Notes: generated from the sequence alone by a model not told the origin. A DNA stretch of 46,108 nucleotides from an uncultured Pseudomonadota bacterium (GCA_913056375.1 CAJXNF010000001.1:1-46108); one strand, 5' to 3'; shown: positions 9,737 through 18,097, counted from the stretch's first letter. Numbers and translations: made by a program.

Positions 9737-10141
9737 ATGCACGAACTGCTCAGCACCACTCTGTTGCCTTTGGTGGCACTGCTCATTGGCTTATTGGCTT
9801 TTGCTATTTGGAAGCAGGATCAAAAGCGACGGCAGTGGGCTGCTTGGCTCTGCAGCATTATCCTCTTGCTGATCTGGTTGCTGACCGAAGTATGGACCGT
9901 TTCCGCATCCAGCGATATTAACTGGGCTAGTCTGCTTGCCAAGCATCAATTGTATTCGAACCTCGCATGGTATCTGATCCTTTGCAGTACAGTTTTATTG
10001 TGGCTTTCTTTGCGGTCGACTACTCCCGTAATTAGGATTGTTCTAGATACCTTTGTACTCCTCTTCTTGGTTTTTGGTTTTCTCACCATCTGGGGGATGG
10101 TTTGGATGGGGCAATTGCTCAGTAATCCCCAAGCTTTTTGA
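9737..10141 (+). CDS. Hypothetical 4-TM membrane protein
   Basis: 134 aa with four hydrophobic segments. It starts 3 nt after the stop of the DUF4105 gene. Confidence 0.5.
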   Translation: MHELLSTTLLPLVALLIGLLAFAIWKQDQKRRQWAAWLCSIILLLIWLLTEVWTVSASSDINWASLLAKHQLYSNLAWYLILCSTVLLWLSLRSTTPVIRIVLDTFVLLFLVFGFLTIWGMVWMGQLLSNPQAF

Positions 10142-10221
10142 TATCTCCTAGTAGCTTTTCTTGCCGCAAAGAATTCAACCTGTTAATCTGTAATTTCAAT
10201 TTTCAACTATCTTGAGGTTTT

Positions 10222-10659
10222 ATGAAAAAGTATCTTCTTGTAGCTTTCAGCCTAGCTGTTTTTGGACTACCAACCTCAAGTTTCGCTGATTCGCGACAAT
10301 TGGTTGAATTTCCTGAAATGATGCGGGATCACATGCTGGAAAACATGCGGGACCACCTACTGGCCCTGACTGAGATTCAACAGTATCTCGCGCTGGAAGA
10401 ATATGAAAAAGCTGCCACTGTCGCAGAAAATCGACTAGGCATGTCCTCTTTGAGCGGTCACGGTGCATCACACATGGCTCGTTTCATGCCCGCAGCTATG
10501 CAGCAAATTGGCACACAAATGCACAAGGCAGCCAGCAGATTTGCGATCATTGTGCAAGAGGGTGGTTTAGAAGGCAGTACACCCAAGATTGCTGAAGGAC
10601 TAGCAGGGGTCATGCAGCAGTGTGTTGCCTGTCACAGTTCTTACCGGGTTCATCCATGA
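10222..10659 (+). CDS. Class II (cytochrome c'/c556-like) periplasmic cytochrome c
   Basis: Signal peptide, predicted helical protein, and a single heme motif CVACHSSYR at the extreme C-terminus. This is the class II layout. It has Met/His-rich stretches (EMMRDHMLENMRDH; GHGASHMARFMPAAM). Confidence 0.65.
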   Translation: MKKYLLVAFSLAVFGLPTSSFADSRQLVEFPEMMRDHMLENMRDHLLALTEIQQYLALEEYEKAATVAENRLGMSSLSGHGASHMARFMPAAMQQIGTQMHKAASRFAIIVQEGGLEGSTPKIAEGLAGVMQQCVACHSSYRVHP

Positions 10660-11060
10660 TCAAAAAAAACCGATCATGGAGATATTCATGGAGATATTCA
10701 TGGAGATATTCTCTGTGTTGGCTGATCGGCACTCTTCTCATTTCTTCAACAACCTGGGCTGCAACTTGTCACTCACCGACTCCGGCGAATCAAGATCAAT
10801 CTATTCTTTCACCAACTGGATTTGGTTGCCATCCGCAGGCTGACAACAGGATTCATGGAATTCAGTGCATTCACGACAACCAAGAAGCCTCTCTTCTTCG
10901 TAGGAAAGCAACATTACCTGACCCAAACACCTTTGCTAGTTTTGCCTCTCAGTTCACTATAATCGCAGCTGATTGTCCCATAACCAGCACCTGTTCTACA
11001 GACTCAATCCAGCCAGTTTTTGAACATATCTTTCTTCGAAATAGTGTCTTCCGAATCTAG
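10656..11060 (+). CDS. Hypothetical secreted Cys/His-rich protein
   Basis: ATG 10656 overlaps the upstream stop (ATGA). The N-terminus MIKKNRSWRYSWRYSWRYS + LCWLIGTLLISSTTWA looks like a signal peptide. The mature part carries TCHS, GCHP and QCIH dyads. The track start at 10620 was rejected. Confidence 0.4.
   Translation: MIKKNRSWRYSWRYSWRYSLCWLIGTLLISSTTWAATCHSPTPANQDQSILSPTGFGCHPQADNRIHGIQCIHDNQEASLLRRKATLPDPNTFASFASQFTIIAADCPITSTCSTDSIQPVFEHIFLRNSVFRI
10674..10711 (+). repeat. Perfect 12-nt tandem repeat TCATGGAGATAT x3.2
   Basis: Read directly: units at 10674-10685, 10686-10697 and 10698-10709, plus 2 nt. It encodes (SWRY)3 in the signal-peptide n-region of the 10656 ORF. Confidence 0.95.
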
Positions 11061-11120
11061 GCTATCTTGCTACCCAAATTTTATGTGATTTGACAGAAAC
11101 TTTTGGTTGTGAGTAGCGAT

Positions 11121-11588
11121 ATGATGGAGAGTCAGCTTGTTCTGAGGAGAAGACAACTGATTGCCCTTTTGCTAGCACTGATTGTCGGGCTATTTTTGTT
11201 TGAACCCTGGTCATTATTTTCCAAGCCAATTTGGGAACAGGCACCCAGCAGTGAGAGCATTGCCAAAGGGGAGCAAATATTTGCAGCAAATTGTGCGGCA
11301 TGCCATGGAGAGAAGGCTGTAGGAGAAAACCTCCAACGTCCGCTGGGAGGTATGAAGGATCAAGGAGGTTACCTAGCTCCAGCTCTCAACGGAACTGGTC
11401 ACGCATGGCATCATCCTGATGAAATACTGTTTAGGATCATTCAGGCAGGTTCGATTGCGGAAGATTCACCAATGCGGGGCTTTGCTGGAAGGCTCAGTGA
11501 TTCCGAGATTGTTGCTAGCATCCATTATTTCAAATCACTCTGGTCAGAAGAAATTCTGAATCGACACAAAGAAATGGTACAACACTGA
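11121..11588 (+). CDS. Membrane-anchored class I monoheme cytochrome c
   Basis: Start moved to ATG 11121 because the track start 11103 is TTG. It has an N-terminal hydrophobic anchor, the heme motif NCAACHGEK, and a distal SPMRGF as a candidate Met ligand. Confidence 0.75.
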   Translation: MMESQLVLRRRQLIALLLALIVGLFLFEPWSLFSKPIWEQAPSSESIAKGEQIFAANCAACHGEKAVGENLQRPLGGMKDQGGYLAPALNGTGHAWHHPDEILFRIIQAGSIAEDSPMRGFAGRLSDSEIVASIHYFKSLWSEEILNRHKEMVQH

Positions 11589-11632
11589 TCCATTCTGAGT
11601 TTCATTCCATACTCTCTTACTACGGAATTTCA

Positions 11633-12073
11633 ATGAAAACACTGACAAGTAAACTTCTATTCTTACTATCACTAACAGTGGCATCTGCTGTTTGGGCCTC
11701 CGATATCACGATGTACAAGCACCCACAATGTGGCTGCTGTGAAAAGTGGGCGAATATCCTGCGTGATGAGGGATATCGGGTTACCAGCAAAGGCACCTAC
11801 AACATTGAGCAACTCAAAAACCAGATGGGATTACCGAGTTCTCTGCGCAGTTGCCACACTGCCATCATTGGAGATTTCATCATTGAAGGGCATGTACCCG
11901 AAAAGACACTCGCTCGCTTTCTTGCTGACCCACCAGTTGGTGCCCAAGGACTAGCTGTACCGGGGATGCCCATCGGTTCACCGGGGATGGAACATCCAAC
12001 CCGAAAAGACGCATATGATGTGCTTTGGTTTGACCAGCAAGGCAAGGCACAGGTCTTCGAACACATTGACTAA
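11633..12073 (+). CDS. DUF411 / CopG-family periplasmic metal-binding protein
   Basis: Signal peptide, HPQCGCCEKW (CxCC) and SCHTAIIGDFIIEGHVP motifs characteristic of DUF411/CopG. Confidence 0.8.
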   Translation: MKTLTSKLLFLLSLTVASAVWASDITMYKHPQCGCCEKWANILRDEGYRVTSKGTYNIEQLKNQMGLPSSLRSCHTAIIGDFIIEGHVPEKTLARFLADPPVGAQGLAVPGMPIGSPGMEHPTRKDAYDVLWFDQQGKAQVFEHID

Positions 12074-12174
12074 AGCTCTTGTCTCAAAGCAAATCTCAAA
12101 CGCGTTGTGGAGATTCCTCCATACGCTAATTTACCAAAGATAATTCTATACGCTAAACACCAACGGAGTTAGAG

Positions 12175-14169
12175 ATGTCTGATCTCGGCACGATCGCCCT
12201 GATGATCGCTCTTGCTGCTTGTCTCTACGGCACAGTTGTACCCCATCTGGGTGTTAGAACAAACAACTGGAACCTGATTCGTTCTGCACAAAATGCCAGC
12301 ATCATCAGCTTCTTTCTGATTGCTATCGCCTCTGGAGTGCTCATCCATGCACTTGTGGTCAGTGACTTCAGCATCTTCTATGTCTGGCGCAACTCCAGCG
12401 TTGACATGCCGATGTTCTTCAAAGTGACGGCATTCTGGGGAGGCTTGGAAGGTTCGCTGCTATTTTGGATTTTGGTTCAGAGTTTCTTCGCAATGGTCGT
12501 TGCTTTTCGCTACCAGTATAGCAATCGAGAAATCATTCCCTATGTAATTGCTACTCTGAATGGAATCCTCTGTTTTTTGCTCGTTTTGCTCCTCGGTTGG
12601 TCCAATCCCCTGGACCTGCAAGCAACCATTCCTGCAGAAGGACGAGGACTGAATCCGCTGCTACAGCATATTGCCATGGTGATTCATCCACCTTCGTTGT
12701 ATCTGGGCTTCATCGGTTTTAGCGTGCCCTTTGCGTTCGCGATTGCTGGAATGATTCGAGGCAAATTAGACAATGAGTGGGTACTGACCACTCGCCGCTG
12801 GACTCTGGTCTCTTGGTATTTTCTATCAATGGGATTGATCCTCGGTGGGCAGTGGGCGTATGAAGAATTAGGATGGGGTGGTTTCTGGGCTTGGGATCCT
12901 GTTGAAAACGCTGCCTTCATGCCTTGGTTGACAGGTACCGCTTTCCTACACTCTGTGATGATCCAGGAAAAGCGCAACATGCTCAAAATATGGAATGTTG
13001 TGTTGATCATCATCACATATGGGCTAACCATCATCGGAACATTTCTAACCCGCTCAGGAGTGGTTAACTCGGTTCATTCCTTCACTCAATCTGAAATCGG
13101 CCCTGCCTTCCTGGTCTTCCTCGCTGTTGTCTTGGTTGTCGGTTTTGCGCTGCTCTTTCGACGCATTCAAATGCTGGAATCCGAACACAAGATGGAAGCC
13201 GTGCTCTGCCGTGAAAACGCCTTTCTCGCTCAGAACGTTATCTTTGTCGGAATGGCATTCACTGTTTTGCTGGGAACCACTTTCCCGCTGCTTGCTGAGG
13301 CGATTCGTGGCACAAAATTGTCCATTCAAGCACCGTTTTTCAATACGATCATGGCACCGATGGGCTATGTTCTATTTTTCTTAATGGGTATTGGGACTGT
13401 GATTGCCTGGAGGAAATCAAGTAAGGAAAGCCTGCGTAGAAACTTTCAGAATCCAATGATTACAGCAACTGTTGGAACTATCATCCTGGCTGTTTTCATA
13501 CCCTTTCATTTGGAAGCGTTTACAATTTTTTGGATCGCTATCTTTGTCACAGTCACCATCCTGATTGAAGTTGGTAAGGCGGCCCATGTGAAAGGCAAGC
13601 AGTTGCAGGCTGGACCTCTAGTAGGAATGATTCACGTTTTTCAGCGCAACCAACGTCGGTACGGTGGACTAGTGATTCACTTGGGAGTAGTGCTGATGTT
13701 CCTCGGTTTTGCTGGTACGTTCTTCAGCGAGGAACGCGATCTAACACTAGAACGCGAAGAAATGGTGCCACTGAACGCCTACTATCTAAAGTTCACTGGT
13801 GTTGAACAATTTCAGGTACGCAACGCCACACACCGAGCTGCAATCATTGAAGTCTATGATCAGGACAAACAGTTGCTGGAAGTGATGAAGCCTGCCAAAA
13901 GCTTCTATCCAACCCAACCACAGCCCCTGACTGAAATTGCACTACGAAGAGAATTCCTGAAAGACCTCTACCTGATATTTTCCAGTGAATCTGGTGCGGA
14001 CAGCGAATTAGTGACAATCAAGACCTATGTCAATCCACTCGTTGGTTGGGCCTGGATGGCTCTTCCCGTATTCACTCTAGGTATCGGCATCTGTTTAACT
14101 TATCGACCACGCAGTTTGACCTCGCGCCAGGAAGTATTGCGTCAACAGTACATTGCTGCTGAAGGCTGA
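12175..14169 (+). CDS. ccmF: Cytochrome c-type biogenesis heme lyase CcmF/NrfE family
   Basis: 664-aa polytopic protein with the tryptophan-rich WWD motif WGGFWAWDPVENAAFMPWL. GGAG Shine-Dalgarno. Confidence 0.9.
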   Translation: MSDLGTIALMIALAACLYGTVVPHLGVRTNNWNLIRSAQNASIISFFLIAIASGVLIHALVVSDFSIFYVWRNSSVDMPMFFKVTAFWGGLEGSLLFWILVQSFFAMVVAFRYQYSNREIIPYVIATLNGILCFLLVLLLGWSNPLDLQATIPAEGRGLNPLLQHIAMVIHPPSLYLGFIGFSVPFAFAIAGMIRGKLDNEWVLTTRRWTLVSWYFLSMGLILGGQWAYEELGWGGFWAWDPVENAAFMPWLTGTAFLHSVMIQEKRNMLKIWNVVLIIITYGLTIIGTFLTRSGVVNSVHSFTQSEIGPAFLVFLAVVLVVGFALLFRRIQMLESEHKMEAVLCRENAFLAQNVIFVGMAFTVLLGTTFPLLAEAIRGTKLSIQAPFFNTIMAPMGYVLFFLMGIGTVIAWRKSSKESLRRNFQNPMITATVGTIILAVFIPFHLEAFTIFWIAIFVTVTILIEVGKAAHVKGKQLQAGPLVGMIHVFQRNQRRYGGLVIHLGVVLMFLGFAGTFFSEERDLTLEREEMVPLNAYYLKFTGVEQFQVRNATHRAAIIEVYDQDKQLLEVMKPAKSFYPTQPQPLTEIALRREFLKDLYLIFSSESGADSELVTIKTYVNPLVGWAWMALPVFTLGIGICLTYRPRSLTSRQEVLRQQYIAAEG

Positions 14170-14171
14170 GT

Positions 14172-14714
14172 ATGTGGAAGTCATGGAAATTCTGGACAGT
14201 TTGGGCCACCTTGGGTGGATTGATTGGTCTGTTCGCTTTTGGTTTCACCACAGACCCCAAGAAAGTTCCTTCTCCACTGATTGGTCACGAAGCTCCAAAT
14301 TTTCAACTCGTCAATCTCTGGAACGGGGAATCTGTTGAACTAAGCGCTCTACGCGGTAAGCCTGTAGTTTTGAACTTCTGGGCTTCCTGGTGCGTTGAAT
14401 GCCAACAAGAAGCTCACATTCTGGAAGCTTTTCACAAGCGTTACGGGGAAACAGTTCCTCCTCAGGTTCACGTACTTGGTGTAGCCATTCAGGACAAATC
14501 TGAGCAAGCACAGGCTTTTGCACGACAGTTTAATAAAACGTACTTCCTTGGCCTCGATAACACCAATGGTGACATCGCTTTGGAGTATGGTATCTATGGG
14601 GTGCCAGAAACGTTTTTTATCGATCCTCAAGGAAAGATTCGTTTCAAGCAAATTGGGGGGGTCAGCGCAGAATTGATGCAGGAACAAGTCGACGAAATGC
14701 TTGGTCAAGGGTAG
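14172..14714 (+). CDS. ccmG: Thiol:disulfide interchange protein CcmG/DsbE (TlpA-like thioredoxin)
   Basis: N-terminal anchor, the redox motif WASWCVEC, and GVPETFFID. It starts 2 nt after the ccmF stop. Confidence 0.85.
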   Translation: MWKSWKFWTVWATLGGLIGLFAFGFTTDPKKVPSPLIGHEAPNFQLVNLWNGESVELSALRGKPVVLNFWASWCVECQQEAHILEAFHKRYGETVPPQVHVLGVAIQDKSEQAQAFARQFNKTYFLGLDNTNGDIALEYGIYGVPETFFIDPQGKIRFKQIGGVSAELMQEQVDEMLGQG

Positions 14715-14759
14715 TCTTAATCAGATTAGACAACTTAGTTTTTTGAGACAGGAGGCCTC

Positions 14760-15308
14760 ATGAAGTTCATTATTCCTTTTCTGCTAAGTTTCGCTGTTGG
14801 CTGGAGTGGTCTGCAGGCTGACCAACGTAATCCAGAATTGCCTGATCTTTTTAGCCAACTGGAACAGGCGGAAACCTCCTATACGGCAAGTCCGATTGTT
14901 CAAAATATTTGGACGATCTGGTTAAAGCATCCGGACTCACAGCTTACACAAGCCATGAAAGCAGCTTCCGAGATCATGCAGAACGGTGATTTGGAGCAAG
15001 CTGAGTTATTATTTACGCAATTGATCGAAAAAGCTCCTGGCTGGGCAGAGGCCTGGAACAAGCGAGCCACTGTTCGCTACTACAGAGACAACCTGATCGG
15101 CTCAATTGCTGACATCAAGGAAACCCTTGTCTTGGAACCTCGCCATTTTGGCGCACTCTCTGGTCTAGGAATGATCCAAATGCGTCTTCAGGATTATTCA
15201 GAAGCCTTATCAACCTATGAGTCTCTGCAAAAAATTCATCCAAACTCACAGGATGTTGGCAGAATACTTCCTGCACTACGTCAGCAGATTTCTCAACAGT
15301 ACCTCTAA
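14760..15308 (+). CDS. Periplasmic tetratricopeptide-repeat protein
   Basis: Signal peptide followed by TPR-like helices (AEAWNKRATVRYYRDNLIGSIADIKETLVLEPRHFGALSGLGMI). No Cys residues, so it is not a CcmH thiol protein. Confidence 0.7.
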   Translation: MKFIIPFLLSFAVGWSGLQADQRNPELPDLFSQLEQAETSYTASPIVQNIWTIWLKHPDSQLTQAMKAASEIMQNGDLEQAELLFTQLIEKAPGWAEAWNKRATVRYYRDNLIGSIADIKETLVLEPRHFGALSGLGMIQMRLQDYSEALSTYESLQKIHPNSQDVGRILPALRQQISQQYL

Positions 15309-15332
15309 ACCTTCCTCTTCAAACTACTATCC

Positions 15333-15590
15333 ATGAAATTCCAGCAAGTCCAGGAACTCTGGGAAATCAATCCAAATCAGTTCCTTGGATTGTTCAGTCC
15401 ACCGGGTCAGAAGGAGCATCAATTATTTGCTGCACTCTGTGGAGCAGCAGTAAGAGGAAAAACTGATCTTGTCCAGATTAGTGCGCAGGAACTTGAAAGA
15501 GAATCTGGATTAAAGAGTGATGAACTCAGCGCAATGCTTGTACAACTGGAAGAAAAGGGAGTAGCTCGTAGAATCAAGGAATCCAAATGA
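15333..15590 (+). CDS. Hypothetical 85-aa protein
   Basis: ORF with an ATGA overlap to the next gene. No motif recognised. Confidence 0.4.
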   Translation: MKFQQVQELWEINPNQFLGLFSPPGQKEHQLFAALCGAAVRGKTDLVQISAQELERESGLKSDELSAMLVQLEEKGVARRIKESK

Positions 15591-16114
15591 CTCTATCTAC
15601 GCTAGGTGAGAATTATCCACAATTACATGCCAGCGCTTATGTTGCAGAGAGCGCACAGATCATTGGCAATGTTCGACTAGCGGCCAAGAGCTCTGTTTGG
15701 TTTCAAAGTGTGCTGAGGGGAGATTCGGATCTAATCATAATTGGTGAAGAAACAAACGTACAAGATGCGACCATCTGTCACGTTGATCCAGGCTTTCCTT
15801 TAGAGATTGGTACTCGAGTCACAGTCGGTCATCGCTGCATTTTGCACGGCTGCACGATTGGAGATGACTGCCTGATCGGGATGGGAGCTATTCTGATGAA
15901 CGGTGTGCGAATCGGAGAGGGAAGTATCGTTGGAGCAGGAAGTTTATTGCTGGAAGGAACCGAAATTCCTCCTTTTTCGCTGGTAGCTGGTTCGCCAGCC
16001 AAGGTGAAGAAAACTTATGGGCCTGAGATTCTTGAACAGATTCGTCAGGCAAGTGCCCATTATGTCAGCAGAGCGGAACACTACCGCAGCAACTGGCAGA
16101 AACTCGCATCCTAG
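15587..16114 (+). CDS. Gamma-carbonic anhydrase family / hexapeptide-repeat protein (YrdA/PaaY-like)
   Basis: 175 aa with a left-handed beta-helix hexapeptide pattern (IIGNVRL, SVWFQSVLRGD, VGHRCILHGCTIGDDCLIGMGAILMNGVRIGEGSIVGAGS). Confidence 0.85.
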   Translation: MTLSTLGENYPQLHASAYVAESAQIIGNVRLAAKSSVWFQSVLRGDSDLIIIGEETNVQDATICHVDPGFPLEIGTRVTVGHRCILHGCTIGDDCLIGMGAILMNGVRIGEGSIVGAGSLLLEGTEIPPFSLVAGSPAKVKKTYGPEILEQIRQASAHYVSRAEHYRSNWQKLAS

Positions 16115-16518
16115 GCGCTTTGTGCTAGAGCGTCGTAGTTCATGGGGGAGGCGTTATATCGGTGAATTTCCGCAAACACCTGTCGCAGTTCCTGTGGACT
16201 TAGGTCTGAAAGAACCTTGTGATTGCTGCCTAGCAGACGGTTCAAAAAGAGCATCTGCTGCTCTTCAGATCGATAACCAAAAATCTTCAGTTGTTGCCGC
16301 AAAACATCGAAGACTCGTTGACTAATCTGAGGTTGGCTTTCTTCCTCGACTACTTGAAAATTTTCCTTGGACAGAGAACGCAACTCTTGGCGCAGTTCTA
16401 CTTCTTCAGAAAGCTTTGAAAATCTTTTGCGCTCTCGGAGGACTTCCACCACAACGATCAAACCTGTGATCATCAGGGAAATCAAACAAAAACCGAGCAG
16501 TATGGTCTCCATGAACAA
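16111..16518 (-). CDS. Hypothetical membrane-anchored protein
   Basis: 135 aa with one N-terminal TM helix followed by a charged helical region. It overlaps the convergent upstream gene's stop by 4 nt. Confidence 0.4.
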   Translation of the reverse strand: MFMETILLGFCLISLMITGLIVVVEVLRERKRFSKLSEEVELRQELRSLSKENFQVVEEESQPQISQRVFDVLRQQLKIFGYRSEEQQMLFLNRLLGSNHKVLSDLSPQELRQVFAEIHRYNASPMNYDALAQSA

Positions 16519-16672
16519 ACTCCGTTGGCATGCGGAAGAAAAATTGCTAAGGCATCCGGCCTAAGGCATTGACGCACACAAGATCCACAAAAGCACAAAG
16601 CAGACCAACCCTTCCTGTCTATATTTCTCATCAAAACAACCCAACAAACACTCTTTACAGCGCAAGCAACCC

Positions 16673-18097
16673 TTGAAGAACAGCACCATTTACGCTTCTC
16701 CAGCACCACCTCGACTTGATCCCCGGCCTCATGCAGACCTGCGTGCACAGACACGCCAATTGGCCGGTGAACACCTACGAAATGTGGAACTAGCACCGGC
16801 AATTCGTCGTAGTCAGGAATTACAAAATTCTCTACTCACTGAGTATGCGGGTGACTCACCAGAAAATATCGAACTTCTGAAAAAATGTCTTCAAGAAGTC
16901 AGCATCATGGGAATCAATTTTGTGATTCCCAAACGGCGTGTACTCCTCAGTGTTCATGAGATTTTGCGTCTATCAAACCTTGGGTTTCGCTTTGGCAAAC
17001 TGGACCCAGACTTTGAGATTCACTTACAGCAAGGTCGTCGTATTCCTTTTTTTCAGGGAGAGCCACTTCCCAAGCAAAACTGGGAACAAAAATTTGCCTG
17101 TGTACTCAAACACAAAATTTGCCTGGAACTTCTACAAGAATATCGTTCCGCTTTGGAAACTATTAATCAGCAACGTCAACAAACTCTTGAAAGCAAGAAT
17201 AAGAATTCAAGCCTGAACAAGGAACTACGGCAGCAGGCAGAAGAGAACATGTTTGAGTTTAAGGTTCCCACCAAGTTCGATTTACTCGATCCCCCACTAA
17301 TTCCAATGGAGGAAAGCCTATTTGCTCATGATCAACAAGTAATGGAAGCGACCCTGTCCGATGTTGCCAAGAAAGTACTGGAGATGCAAAACCAGGGAGA
17401 GCTTCCTTCTTTATTCCAAGAAACCACACTTCCCGAGATTCAGAGTGTACCGCACCATGTGATGATTCTGTTGGACATGAGTGCTTCGACCTTCGAGAAA
17501 GAAATCTTTAAGCTCTCCAATCTGGTTTGTGCAGAGTTATTGAGAACTCTGCCAACCTATTTGCCTGACGCTACGTTGAGTATTTTACCCTATAGTGACG
17601 GTGCTCAGGGGGTAATGAATAATTTTCAGAATTTCATTGCACCAGGCGGCACAACTGCCTACGATGCCATCTTTTCATTTTCTCAGCAGTTGCTTGGGAA
17701 AACAGAAGGGCATCGAGTGGTGATTCATCTCTCTGATGGATTACCCAACAGCTTGGAAGACGCTTGCCAACAGGCCAAACAGTTTCCGACGCTCAATATT
17801 CACTATGGACAAATCATTTTCGGCCATACTAAAAGAGTTGGTGACTTAGCAGATTATCTGTTTGTGGATGAAGCTACTACTTCCGGACAAGATCGAGATT
17901 CCACCCGTTTTGAAAAATATGTGTCTCACTTCACTGATGTTGCCTTGGCTTCACAAGGAGAACAAATCATACTCTGGGTCATGCAACATCTTGATGAAGC
18001 GGTGATCGCCATGCTGGATCTATTTATCGGGCAATATTTCCTGCAGCAAGCTTCACCTGAGACTACTCATTCTGAAGACACACCCACGTCCCTCTAG
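16673..18097 (+). CDS. von Willebrand factor A (vWA/MIDAS) domain protein with an unknown ~250-aa N-terminal region; start codon uncertain
   Basis: C-terminal HHVMILLDMSAST (DxSxS), APGGTTAYDAI and RVVIHLSDGLPN fit a vWA fold. The track start 16673 is TTG. There is an in-frame GTG at 16784, and the first in-frame ATG is at 16907. Confidence 0.6.
   Translation: MKNSTIYASPAPPRLDPRPHADLRAQTRQLAGEHLRNVELAPAIRRSQELQNSLLTEYAGDSPENIELLKKCLQEVSIMGINFVIPKRRVLLSVHEILRLSNLGFRFGKLDPDFEIHLQQGRRIPFFQGEPLPKQNWEQKFACVLKHKICLELLQEYRSALETINQQRQQTLESKNKNSSLNKELRQQAEENMFEFKVPTKFDLLDPPLIPMEESLFAHDQQVMEATLSDVAKKVLEMQNQGELPSLFQETTLPEIQSVPHHVMILLDMSASTFEKEIFKLSNLVCAELLRTLPTYLPDATLSILPYSDGAQGVMNNFQNFIAPGGTTAYDAIFSFSQQLLGKTEGHRVVIHLSDGLPNSLEDACQQAKQFPTLNIHYGQIIFGHTKRVGDLADYLFVDEATTSGQDRDSTRFEKYVSHFTDVALASQGEQIILWVMQHLDEAVIAMLDLFIGQYFLQQASPETTHSEDTPTSL

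Noticed and set aside
10674-10711. Possibility that the tandem repeat is a CRISPR or other array
   Set aside because: The repeats are contiguous 12-mers with no spacers, there are only 3 copies, and they lie inside a coding frame. This is a microsatellite-like coding repeat, not CRISPR.
10622-10843. Alternative-frame ORF (MEIF)x3... across the 12-nt tandem repeat, with SD-ATG-like units
   Set aside because: The other frame (10656..11060) is longer, is ATGA-coupled to the upstream gene and yields a plausible signal peptide. This frame gives a short product with no features. It is kept only as a remark in the repeat finding.
16482-16802. 106-aa minus-strand ORF spanning the divergent promoter region and the 5' end of the vWA ORF
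   Set aside because: It overlaps two better-supported ORFs and the CA-rich leader. Its Cys/Val/Arg-rich product looks like the antisense translation of a C/A-rich strand. No SD was seen.
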